From the NCBI GenBank assembly GCA_951406725.2, contig OX597819.1, positions 95,852,001 through 95,916,000 of the forward strand: 64,000 nt of DNA, given 5' to 3'. Below the pieces are notes generated by a model. That model saw only the letters and a list, made by a program, of their open reading frames with translations, did not search any database and had not been told where the DNA came from. Origin of the DNA: Octopus vulgaris (lineage: Eukaryota). The position numbers and the translations under genes were made by a program. This document shows positions 12,216 through 23,479 of the stretch, piece by piece; positions within the stretch are counted from its first letter, which is position 1, and every line of letters begins with the position of its first letter.

Positions 12216-13320
12216 CAGTTATCTCAAAAAGAATGAGGGGTTTTTATACTTTTTTTATCTCTCAAACTAAGATACACAAAGTTCTTTCTTAATCTAAAAT
12301 ATATTCTCCATTTCTACAATGCTCTTCCATCTATCTGGTAGACTTGCAAAGCCACTCTTTCAAAATTCACTTGTCCATGACGAAAAATACTTCCCCAGTA
12401 CTGTTCTGATCTCGTTTACTGAATTCATACTTTTTCCATCCAAATGATTTTGGAGATTGCAGAATAAATCATATAAATCAGATGGGGCAATGTCCGGCGA
12501 ATATGGTGGATGGGGCATTGTTTTCCCATTCAAACTGCTTCAGCCTTTGAAATGTCATTGTTGCTGTATATGGCCAAACATTATTCTGATGAAAGAACAC
12601 CTTCCGTCTTGAAACCAAAGATGGTCGTTTTTCATCTAGCACTGACTTAAACTGCTCAAGCTGCTCGCAGTAGATCTCCTTTGTTACCATTTGGTTTGAG
12701 TTTAAAAGTTCCAAGTGGACTAAACCTTTCATATCCCACTAACAACACCTTACTTGATTGAAGACCTTCTTTAGCATGGGGTGTCAGTGTTTCTCCTTTC
12801 CCTATTCACTGTCATTGGCGCTTGACATTTCTATAGAGAACCCATTTCTCATTACCAGTCACTATTCGGTCCAAAAAAGTTTCATTCATGAGATGTGACA
12901 GAAATTAGACTCGGAAAATTTGTGAGGAACCCACTGACCCAATTTGCTGACTTTTCCGGTGGCATACAGATGTCGATGAATAGTTGAATGACCAAACCAA
13001 ACTTCTCTGCTAGTTCTTCAACAGTTACAATGGGATTTTGTTCCACCAGGGTTTGCATGACTTACTTGTCAAGCTCTACAGAACTTCAATGAGATGAGGC
13101 TTATGTAGCATACAGGCTATAGTTTCTGGTTCAGAATTACTGGAACCACCATTGACACTGGCTTATGCTTACTGTTCGATCACCATATACTGCATATTCC
13201 TCACACTTTTCATTGCGTTGTTGCCTTTATTGAACTCATGAAGCAAAATATGCTGAATATGCTTCTTTGTCACTTCCATTATAGCTTTGAAAAATAACTT
13301 AAAATCGAACAAATTAAAAA
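12216..13320 (-). mobile_element. mariner (DD34D-type) transposon with decayed transposase (about 13279 to 12289)
   Basis: Starts MEVTKKHIQHILLHEFNKGNNA. Contains IVTGNEKW-like and PPYSPDIAPSD motifs. Ends EYILD*. Several frameshifts. Confidence 0.85.
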
Positions 13321-13324
13321 ACAA

Positions 13325-14456
13325 TGAAAGAAGAAAAAGAACCAAAAGCTTATGTTACAATGAATAACAAAATGAAAATGAGAGAAGAAATGAAAGTTTT
13401 CTCAGCCCCACCTCTGAGTTATTTCATTTTTACCTTTGTTCATTTTTTTTTGTACTTGGTGCCTTCCAAGATGTCGAACCCGTACTCCTTCAATAGTTGC
13501 ATGTAATCCATGTTCCATGGTAACTTTTCAATGTCTAGTTCCACTTCCCACATTTTAAATCCGCCTTTACATTTTTTAATTTTTCCTTCTGATCTTCATC
13601 TAGCAACAGGCAAGCAATGCCACCCTTGCACATTGTCGAATTTGTGAGTGTCGACCAATCTTAAATTTTTCCAGGTTTTTATTTCTTCATAGAGACCCAT
13701 ATTGGTATTGTCATACATGATCGCATAGTTACTTTTTGGGGGGAGGTGGGGAGGTTGAACGGCCTGTGTCTGAATGTATTTGTTTGTGTATTAGAGGGGG
13801 GCGGGTAGGATCGGTGTCTGTAGGGAGCAGGTGGGAGGAAGAGGAAGTGGGTGGATTTTGAGTGGGGTGGGGTTCTGTATTTGTTTTACCTGGTTTCTTC
13901 CTTTTCCGTTTTCTTTTCTTGTTTGGTCTCCCATTCGCCTTCTTGTCAGTTCTTCCTTTCCCTTTTTGTCTTGTAGAGGGCAGTTTGCTCTAATGTGACC
14001 TTTCTGGCCACACTTGTAGCATCTGTGGGTCCTGCCCACTACTCTGACTACCATCTCTATATTGTCAAATGCTATTGTTTCTGGCAATTCTTCACTTATT
14101 TCTTTCATTCCTTGTATCACCATGTTTAAGGTTTGACCTTTCCAATTTCTTGTTTCTGTCTTAGTAGCCTGGAGAACCACTATCCCTTCCTCATTACTGA
14201 GCAAGACAGCAACTACTATCCAGGCCATGTTGACTTCTGGGGGGATTCCCTCTACACTGACCCTTATAGAATGCCTTCCATGATATATCGGCAACATCAC
14301 CACTTTGTCAGTTTTTAAGATTGTTGCCATGTTCAGACTTACTACAGTTGCATCCTTGAATCGAACTTCAATTGTTCCAAATTTGCTCCCTCTGGTTAGA
14401 TACTTAATATCATTCCAGACTGGCCTTAGTGCTTTCTCCACTTGATTTGTCATCAT
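13325..14456 (-). mobile_element. ORF1/gag-only retroelement, 5'-truncated divergent relative of 35784-37524
   Basis: ORF has RGSKFGTIEVRF...LPIYHGRHSIRVSVEGIPPEV and a CCHC knuckle CYKCGQKGHIRANC. It runs into a 3' UTR with a hairpin, not into ORF2. Confidence 0.75.
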
Positions 14457-14459
14457 TAC

Positions 14460-15397
14460 GTCAAGATATAGAAGACAACTGGTGGTATCTATGGGACAAC
14501 CTGCTAAGGGCCACTGACCAGATCTGTGGATGGTGCAAAGTCCCCTCTCAACCCAAAATAACGTGGTGGTGGAACGATGTTGTTGACAGGGCTATTAGAG
14601 AAAAGAAACAGGCTTGGAAGAACTGGAAGAATGGTGGTAGCAGGGAATTGTATCAGATTGCCAGAAGGGAAGCTAGAAGGCAGGTTTATTTAGCCAGAGG
14701 GGAAGCAGAAAAGAAAAAATTTGCCAATGTTCTGTGCCATGAGGACCAAAGACCTGAGGTATTTCGTGTTGCAAGACAGTGTGTGAGAGAGAATCATGAT
14801 GTTGTAGGAGAGAAATGTGTTTGCATGGATGATGGTTCACTTGTGCTAAATGAAGCTGCAAATAGAGAGGTTTGGAGACGCCACTATGAAAGGTTGCTGA
14901 ATAAAGAAAATGAATAGGAGAAAGAGAGTCTGCCGAATGTCGACCCAACAGAGGGACCAGCTATCCAAGTTGACTATACCTTGGTAGATAAAGCAATTAA
15001 AAGTATGAAGACAGGGAAAGCCCCCGGCCCATCAGGAATTACTGCAGAGATGCTCAAAATATCTGGCAGTGTCGGCTATAGCCTAGTCACCCAGTGATAC
15101 ATGAAGGAGTCATACCCAATGACTGGTGTAGCAGCATAATAGTCAACTGCTACAAAGGTAAAGGTGATGCTTTAGATACAAATAATTACAGAGGTATCAA
15201 GCTGTTGGATCAGGTAATGAAGGTCACAGAGAGGGTCATAGCCCAACTAATTAGGGAGAGAGTCAGTTTGGTTTCATGCCAGGGAAAAGCACCACTGATG
15301 CTATATTTCTGGTAAGACAGCTGCAGGAGAAATACCTAGCCAAAGATAAGCCCCTGTACCTGGCTTTCGTTGACATGGAGAAAGCTTTTGACAGGAA
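14460..15397 (+). mobile_element. RTE-clade LINE ORF fragment (pre-RT region and RT N-terminus)
   Basis: TWWWNDVVDRAIREKK, KAPGPSGI, NYRGIKLL, STTDAIFLVRQLQEK, AFVDMEKAFDR. Contains stops and frameshifts. Confidence 0.9.
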
Positions 15398-16600
15398 CCA
15401 ATCACACCTCATTAAAATACTTTTACACATAAATCCTTTATGTGTAAGAACTGATTAAAATAGCACAAAATTAAATGTATCACCACTCCCTCTTGCAAAC
15501 CACTAGAAAATATCAAATACCACACTAAATAAAAATCCCAAACAAGATGTGAATTTTAGACACTAGAGAAACTCACCATAGAAAGACATCTGAAATTCCC
15601 TCCCCCTTTTCTTTTTCTTTTATTTAACTCCCACCTAAAATTGCCATTCTTACTTTGAAGATCAACACACTCAAACAATGGAAACACACATTTAATTATT
15701 TCTTTGTTATTAACCACTGTAGTCAACTAATGACATTTACTCTCAGCGCAGATATGGAAGAGGTTGTGAAAGACATCAACACCTCATGGCAAATAGACCA
15801 TAAAGTGGTCGGTGTATCATAACCAGCAATGAAATCCTAAAAGCTAAGAAAGAACTGGCCACACAATATTTGACATTGTATCTGTGTGAGAAATTATACT
15901 AGAAGAGTAGGATATTAATGTAGTGATATACACGTCCACAGCAAACAAAATGAGTGAATGTGACCTGCTGATAATAGTGTGAAAATGTACTGACAAATAT
16001 ATACCTCAGTCATATAAATTATGCTTGACAACTGATGTTGGTTTGTTTACATCCCTGTAACTTAGCAAAAATGAGGCCAATAGAATAAATATCAAACTTA
16101 CAAATAAGTACTGGGGTGGTTTGTTTTACTAAAGACCCTCCTAGATTGTGCCCCAGCAAGTTTTAAATGACAGTACATCAGAATGGAATGCCATGAATAT
16201 TTTGTGCTAAGAATTTGGTAGAATCTAGATCCACACTGAGAATATGTCTCATTTCATACTGAATGAACTTGAGATAATAAAACAGCTACAGTAGCAGTGG
16301 ATTGTAAATCCTCACCAAAGTACAGCAGTTATGAACTCGTCTTCCTCTTCTGCTACTACAATTTATTTACTGTTATAGCTTGGAGTAGCTATGAAATGGT
16401 GTCTTTATATGGTTAAAAGATAACAGTCTCTCAGACTGAATCTTTGTTCGTGATACAGCAGTCCTAGCAATATTTATTCAAAATAATTGAGAATGGTGTT
16501 AGCAGAATTGACCTTAACGCCAGCAACAAATAAAGAAAAATGTGTAGGCAAGAAACCACCATCTAAGCATGTGTAACAGTATAAACCAGCAAAATATTGG

Positions 16601-16778
16601 TTTCAAATTTTGACACAAGGCCAGCAAGTTTGGGGGAGGGGATAAGTTAATTAGATTGACCCCTGTACTCAACTGGTACTTATTTCCTTGACCCCAAAAG
16701 GAAGAAAAGCAAAGTCAACCTCAGCGAAATTCTAAGCATTTTACCTGGCCTGCTAACAATTCTGCTCGCTCGCTGCCC
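16601..16778 (-). mobile_element. SINE family B (tRNA head, Deu/Nin-like core) with 19-bp TSD
   Basis: TSD taaaccagcaaaatattgg at 16582-16600 and 16779-16797. Family core resembles gactttgcctttcatcctt..ggggtc..taa...agtaccag. Absent from the paralogous segment near 9250. Confidence 0.8.
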
Positions 16779-17065
16779 TAAACCAGCAAAATATTGGAAA
16801 TATCAAAATGTTCTGCAAAATTCTAATCAAGATGATCACTATTATTATGATCAAGCTACTGAAATGTTCTGACTACCTAATGTGTTACCAAGATGTGGAA
16901 GCCACTATCTTTAGGTTTGTACAAGTTATGTGTAGCGACAGGGTTATCAAAAATGTTGTTGTCTTTTATGGTAAATTGTGTTAAAACAACTAATTCAACT
17001 GTGCAAAAAATAATATCCAACAAATATTACAGTAAAATGATTTTAATTTACATGTAAAAATAAAT

Positions 17066-17477
17066 ATTCTTTTCTACTCTAGGCACAAGGCCCAAAATTT
17101 TGGGGGAGGGGGCCAGTTGATTAGATTGACACCAGTATGCAACTGGTACTTAATTTACTGACCCTGAAAGGATGAAAGGAAAAGTCAACCTCAGTGAAAT
17201 TTAAATTCAGAATGTAAAGACAAACAAAATACCACTAAGCATTTTGCCCGGTGTGCTAACATTTCTGCCAGCTTGCTGCCTTATGTAAAAATATTTATCT
17301 TTTTATTGCCCACAGGGGGCTAAACATATAGGGGACAAACAAGGACATACAAATGGATTCAGTCGATTACATCGACCCCAGTGCGTAACTGGTACTTATT
17401 TAATCAACTCCAAAAAGATGAAAGGCAAAGCTGACCTTGGCAGAATTGAACTCAGAATGTAACGGCAGATGAAATAA
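17066..17477 (-). mobile_element. Two adjacent SINE family B copies at one target site
   Basis: Full copy at 17066-17282 and a variant-tail copy at about 17295-17475. atgtaaaaata recurs at 17052, 17283 and 17478. Confidence 0.8.
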
Positions 17478-18128
17478 ATGTAAAAATAAATATCAGTAAG
17501 ATTTTCCATGAATCTCTCAGTAGTTTGTTTTCTTTTTAACATTTATTTATAGACATTGTTTTTAATACATCATCACTATAGTATTATCCTCCAGTTTATA
17601 TGTTTATGTTTAACATGACTTTTGAATAATTTACCACAAATTTCACATCTGTAAAGTGTTTTTCCACTTGTAATTTTGATTGAGCAAGGAACTTAATTTA
17701 CAAATATCTATGAATAGATCTTCAATGTGTGTTTATAAATTACAAGACCTAAGACACAGAGAGAATGATTTTCAACATATTTCAACTTATATTTTCTCTA
17801 GTTTGTATTTATCTGTGAATCAGAAGTGTAGACTTAATTTAGACTAAATGAATTATTATATATTTCACATTAATACAGATCTTTTTGTAGTATGTATTCA
17901 TTTGTCAAGTTTATAAGCATTTTCCAAATATTTTTAATGGAAAGAATACCTTTAAACAAAAACACATTTCTAGACTAAAATATGAAAATTCAAATAAATT
18001 TGACATATTTCATTGCCCTAAATATTTTTCTAGGTGTTTTTGGTGGATTTTAAGTTTAGATTTGACAAAAAAAGGGTTTGTTACATATCAGTTAAGATTT
18101 CCACCCTAGTGGAAATTTCACAGCAAAT

Positions 18129-20954
18129 TTATAACCCAGAATGTGTTCTTTTGTGTCTGTTTAAATCACTATTACTGACAAAAGATTTTCCACATATTTC
18201 ACAGGGACATTTTCTTTCTCCCGTGTGTACTCGTTCGTGTCTGTGTAAATTGCTGTTATTGGTAAACGATTTTCCACATAATTCACATGGATATGGTTTT
18301 TCTCCAGTGTGAATTCGTTTATGACCTGTTAAATCACTATTATCAACAAAAGATTTTCCACAGGTTTCACATTGAAATGGTTGTTCTCCAGTGTGTCTAC
18401 GTTTGTGAACTACAAGACTAGACTTAACAGAGAATGATTTTCCACAGATTTCACAGGGATAAGGTTTTTCCCCAGTATGTACTCTTTTGTGCCTTTTCAT
18501 AAGACTAGTACTGGCAAAAGCTTTTCCGCATATTTCACAATGATAAGGTTTTTCACCAGTGTGACTAAATTTGTGGATAGCAAGATGAGAATTCTGAATA
18601 AAGGATTTCCCACATGTTTCACAATGAAATGGTCTTTTTGTAAGGTGCATAAGTTTGTGTCTTTTTCTACTGCTATTAGTGAGAAATAATTTTCCACAGA
18701 GTTCACAGTGAAACACTATTTTTCCATTGTGTTTGCTTTTATGTCTGCGTAAAAAACTATCACTGACAAAATATTTTCCACAAATTTCACAGTGATATGG
18801 TTTCCCTCCAGAATGCATGCTTTTATGTCTGTGTAAATCACTATTATTGACAAAAGATTTTCCACATATTTGACAAGGATAGGATTTTTTCCCAAAGTGT
18901 CTACTTTTGTGTCTGTTTAAATTACCAATACTGACAAAGGATTTCTCACATATTTCACACTTAAAAGGGTTTTCCCCAGAGTGTATGCTTTTGTGTCTGT
19001 TTAAATCACTACTGCTGACAAAAGATTTTCCACATATTTTGCAATGATAGGGTTTTTCTCCTGTGTGACTACGTTTGTGAGTAACAACATTAAAATCATT
19101 AGTGAATGATTTTCCACATATTTCACAGTAATATGGTTTCTCTCCAGAATGTGTTCGTTTATGTCTGTTTAAATCACTATTACTGACAAAAGATTTTCCA
19201 CATATTTCACAGGGACATTTTCTCTCTCCAACGTGTATTCGTTCATGTCTGTGTAAATTGCTGTTATTGGTAAACGATTTTCCACATAATTCACATGGAT
19301 ATGGTTTTTCTCCAGTGTGAATTCGTTTATGACCTGTTAAATCAGTGTTATCAACAAAAGATTTTCCGCAAATTTCACAATGAAATGGTTGTTCTCCAGT
19401 GTGTCTACGTTTGTGAACTACAAGACTAGACTTAACAGAGAATGATTTTCCACAGATTTCACAGGGATAAGCTTTTTCCCCAGTATGAACTCTTTTGTGC
19501 CTTTTCATAAGACTAGTACTGGCAAAAGCTTTCCCGCATATTTCACAATGATAAGGTTTTTCACCAGTGTGACTAAATTTGTGGGTAACGAGATGAGCAT
19601 TTTGAATAAAAGATTTCCCACATATATCGCAGCAAAACGGTTTTTCTGTAAGGTGTATTCGTTTGTGTCTTTTTTTATCGTAAAAAGTGACAAATGATTT
19701 CTCACATATTTCACAAGAGTAAGCCTTTTCTCTACTGTGACTAAGTTTGTGGATAATAAATCTTGTATTATCAGTGTAAGATTTTCCACATATTCCACAG
19801 TGGTACAGGCTTTTTCTAGCGTGTATTCTTTTGTGCCTTGTTAAATAGCTGTTATGGACAAAAGATTTTCCACATATTTCACAAGGATAGGGTTTTTCCA
19901 TAGTATGTATTTTCTTGTGCCTGTTCAAATCACCCACACTCACAAAATATTTTCCACAAATTTCACAGTGATATGGTTTCTCTCCACTATGCAAGCTTTT
20001 ATGTCTGTTTAAATCACTATTATTGACAAAAGATTTTCCACATATTTGACAAGGATAGGATTTTTTCCCAAAGTGTATACTTTTGTGTCTGTTTAAATTA
20101 CCAATACTGACAAAGGATTTTCCACATATTCCACAATCAAAAAGTTTTTCCTCAGAGTGTATGCTTTTGTGTCGGTTTAAATCACTACTGTTGACAAAAG
20201 ATTTTCCACATATTTCGCAATGATAGGGTTTTTCTCCTGTGTGACTACGTTTGTGAGTAACAACATTAAAATCATTAGTGAATGATTTTCCACATATTTC
20301 ACAGTGATATGGTTTCTCTCCAGAATGTGTTCTTTTGTGTCTGTTTAAATCACTATTACTGACAAAAGATTTTCCACATATTTCACAGGAACATTTTCTT
20401 TCCCCCATGTGTATCCGTTCGTGTCTGTGTAAATTGCTGTTATTGGTAAATGATTTTCCACATAATTCACATGGGTATGGTTTTTCTCCAGTGTGAATTC
20501 GTTTATGACCTGTTAAATCACTATTATCTACAAAAGATTTTCCACAAGTTTCACAATGAAATGGTTGTTCACCAGTGTGTCTACGTTTGTGAACTACAAG
20601 ACTAGACTTAACAGAGAATGATTTGCCACATATATCACAGGGATAGGGATTTTCTTCCGTATGTATACCTTTATGTCTTGTCAAAGAACGCTTATTGACA
20701 AAATATTTTCTGCACGTTTCACATTGGTAAGATTTTTCATTGTGCATCTTTTTGTGTATGATGACTTCCTGTTCTAAAGAGAATCTTTTCTTACAAATCT
20801 CACAACAATATTCAGTAATGTTTTTGTGTAACGATCTTTGTTTAGTAAATGTTTCACTATGTAAAATTTTCTCACTGTTGTATGTCCTTGTATCTGAATC
20901 TATAGCATTTAAAATTGCTGTATTTGAAGTGTCTAAGTGATCAACGTCTTCCAT
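18129..20954 (-). CDS. C2H2 zinc-finger protein, 941 aa, 32 fingers
   Basis: Single open exon. Acceptor tttttcag|aattcc lies upstream of the ATG. N-terminus is paralogous to the 10324-11409 protein. Confidence 0.92.
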   Translation of the reverse strand: MEDVDHLDTSNTAILNAIDSDTRTYNSEKILHSETFTKQRSLHKNITEYCCEICKKRFSLEQEVIIHKKMHNEKSYQCETCRKYFVNKRSLTRHKGIHTEENPYPCDICGKSFSVKSSLVVHKRRHTGEQPFHCETCGKSFVDNSDLTGHKRIHTGEKPYPCELCGKSFTNNSNLHRHERIHMGERKCSCEICGKSFVSNSDLNRHKRTHSGEKPYHCEICGKSFTNDFNVVTHKRSHTGEKPYHCEICGKSFVNSSDLNRHKSIHSEEKLFDCGICGKSFVSIGNLNRHKSIHFGKKSYPCQICGKSFVNNSDLNRHKSLHSGEKPYHCEICGKYFVSVGDLNRHKKIHTMEKPYPCEICGKSFVHNSYLTRHKRIHARKSLYHCGICGKSYTDNTRFIIHKLSHSREKAYSCEICEKSFVTFYDKKRHKRIHLTEKPFCCDICGKSFIQNAHLVTHKFSHTGEKPYHCEICGKAFASTSLMKRHKRVHTGEKAYPCEICGKSFSVKSSLVVHKRRHTGEQPFHCEICGKSFVDNTDLTGHKRIHTGEKPYPCELCGKSFTNNSNLHRHERIHVGERKCPCEICGKSFVSNSDLNRHKRTHSGEKPYYCEICGKSFTNDFNVVTHKRSHTGEKPYHCKICGKSFVSSSDLNRHKSIHSGENPFKCEICEKSFVSIGNLNRHKSRHFGKKSYPCQICGKSFVNNSDLHRHKSMHSGGKPYHCEICGKYFVSDSFLRRHKSKHNGKIVFHCELCGKLFLTNSSRKRHKLMHLTKRPFHCETCGKSFIQNSHLAIHKFSHTGEKPYHCEICGKAFASTSLMKRHKRVHTGEKPYPCEICGKSFSVKSSLVVHKRRHTGEQPFQCETCGKSFVDNSDLTGHKRIHTGEKPYPCELCGKSFTNNSNLHRHERVHTGERKCPCEICGKSFVSNSDLNRHKRTHSGL

Positions 20955-21449
20955 ATTATAAATTCACAAGGAATTCTGAAAAACTGAGAAATGTGTGTGA
21001 ATACAATCTATTATGGTTAAAAACATTTTTCTAGAGAGTTTATACAATATAAATCAATTCACTGAACAAAACATTAGGATATTAAGTAGACGGTGTCAAT
21101 AACAATGTTTCCCTCGTCAAAATGACACCGGTGACATGCTAAAAGTCCCTAACATAATTTAATTCAGAAACACCTTCAATTTATATCAAACGCATGATGA
21201 AATTTAATAAAATCATCCAAGATTACTATTACTTATCAACGGGGGGGGGGGGCTTTAGGAATGAACTTAATATGCTAGAATAGATTTACGGACAAAATTT
21301 TTTAAATATTTTTTTCTTTCTTCGGTACTAAAAAATCACACGCTGAAAGACATATTTGACAATGTATAAATAAAAACCGGATGATGATGGTAAGAAAGTC
21401 TTTTACCATAGGTCTGTTGAAATTTCTATTGAATTGGAGTTATTCGACT

Positions 21450-21650
21450 GCCATAAAAAGCTAGACATTTTGTCCCTAGGTAAGTGGTAGGTGCCTCATC
21501 TGGGATGTCAGTCTGTGACCCCTTTGCTCCCTCTCACATCCTGGATGCTGCGGTAAATGGGAGGCTCACTGCTTCCGTAGCAAAACGGAATAAAATACTT
21601 AAGTATCGGGACCTGTTAATGAACCATTTTTTCCAGTCTGTAATGAAGTT
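21450..21650 (+). mobile_element. CRE-like LINE restriction-like endonuclease C-terminal remnant
   Basis: With one frameshift it translates to GRCLIWDV.VCDPFAPSHILDAA...ASVAKRNKILKYRDL...FFQ, matching the WD.T..D......AE..K..KY pattern. Confidence 0.55.
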
Positions 21651-21659
21651 CTAACGGCG

Positions 21660-22330
21660 AAGTTCTTGTAGTTGACGACTCACGCTTAGCTTTACCAACG
21701 TCTTGGCCTCGCCATCACCCGTATGCTGCGCGCGTGCTAGCTTGCTTCTTTATGTTCCGTTGAACCTTGTGGTGTGCGACCGACTGAAGCATTTGGCTCT
21801 GCATTGATGTTTTTTTTTTTTCTCTCATTTTCCCCATCTCCGTTTTCTTCTCAGCTGCGTTTGTATGAATAAACGAGTGTATCTGAAGCATGTTTACTTC
21901 ATGGAACCACCATAATCGTTCATGCTTCATTTTTCATTTTTTTTTTTGCGTAACTCTAACCCTAAAACCCCAACCCTAACCCTAACTCTAAAACCCTAGC
22001 CCTAACCCTAACACCTTAAAGCTAAAACCAGTACAAACGCATGAACGATGTCATAAATAACAGCGACAAACGAAATATACACCGCCGATAGTTGTTGTTG
22101 TTGACAAACAATGGCAGTAATTTTATTCAGCTGATTACACGTCATTGATTGGTTGATATTACCGAAATATGACAATTTTAACAAAAAATAACTTCTAAAA
22201 TAAAGAATTTTCTCGACAAAGCCTAGAGTAAAAGATGTTTTATGTGACACATTCTACAAGTATACGAAGTTTGAAAGTGTTTAGTTACAAAAAATTATTT
22301 TAAAATGTGTCGGTCAAAAGGTAAAGATCC
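21660..22330. mobile_element. Non-coding repeat with an internal (CCCTAA)n tract; its end is shared with 27773-27910
   Basis: Degenerate CCCTAA array at about 21951-22012. 22200-22330 is the reverse-complement homologue of 27773-27900. Confidence 0.5.
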
Positions 22331-22382
22331 TAAATAATAAATAAAAAATGTGAAAACAACTAAAAATATTCTGTAATGCAAA

Positions 22383-22672
22383 TCATCATCATCGTTTAAC
22401 ATCGGTTTTCCATGCTAGCCTGGGTTGGACGGTTCGACCGGGGTCTGGGAATCCAGGAGGCTGCACCAGGCTCCAGTCTGATCTGGTAGTGTTTCTATAG
22501 CTGGATGCCCTTCCTAACGCCAACCACTCCGTGAGTGTATTGGGTGCTTTTTACATGCCACCAGCAAAGGGGCCAAAGGAGGCTGATAACGGCCACAATC
22601 AGTTGGTGCCTTTTATGTGCCACTGGCACGGACGTCAGTCAAGGTGACGCTGGCATCGGCCACGTTCGGATC
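22383..22672 (-). mobile_element. RTE 3'-tail copy (family C)
   Basis: catcatcatcgtttaacatcggttttccatgctagc... family C match. Confidence 0.8.
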
Positions 22673-23479
22673 TTAATCGAAGATACGAGCTCTGGGAAGA
22701 AAACACTAGAGATGCTGAGAGCATCAACATATATCTGCGTATCATCAGCTATGATATCCCCAATCCTTAACTCAATAGGTGTTGATAACAAATGGAGTGT
22801 CTGATCATTGGAACATGTCCCTTCCACAGAAAACGAAAGAGAAAGTGTTTTAGTCTAGTGTGAAATGGTGCAAGGCACTGCTGTCAAGGCGGTAATATAT
22901 AGAGTGATAATATATGTAATGATAAGTATACTTCTGTTTTGGGTTGTCACCAATGAATGATTTAATTAAGTTGGTATCGATGAATGCAAGAACACTTTCC
23001 GTTTGAGATTTTAAATACAGAAATTTTATTCTATCATTAATCAAAACAATTTAATGTCATTACAGCCAATGATGGAAGGATGTTTATACCAAGATAATAG
23101 ACTACAGTTTGTATAAGATGCTGTTGCGGTCAAGAACGACAGTAACTCTTGTATGATTTCAGTAGCTAAATGGTTTTAGCTGTGTAGTCGTCATTCATTA
23201 GTCTTGACTGCTATGATCACTGTCGCAGTTAACCAGCTTAAAGCATGTGCCACCACTTCTATTCACGGAAAAGAAGTGTGAAAAAACAACCTGCGGATGA
23301 GATCCAGTTTTACAAAAATGTCTGAGTGGTTAGTGTTTTGCTGACATCAACAATAATTGAACAAATTGCGCTCGTATCGATACAGTGATTACTGTCAGAG
23401 ATCCGATCTCTAACACAAACCCTGATTGTTGAAACTTAGCAATCTGGATTCAAATCATAGATGTTTTGGGACTGCCGAC

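Noticed and set aside
18129-20700. CRISPR-like repeat/spacer periodicity
   Set aside because: The 84-bp period is the C2H2 finger unit, in a eukaryotic context with no cas genes.
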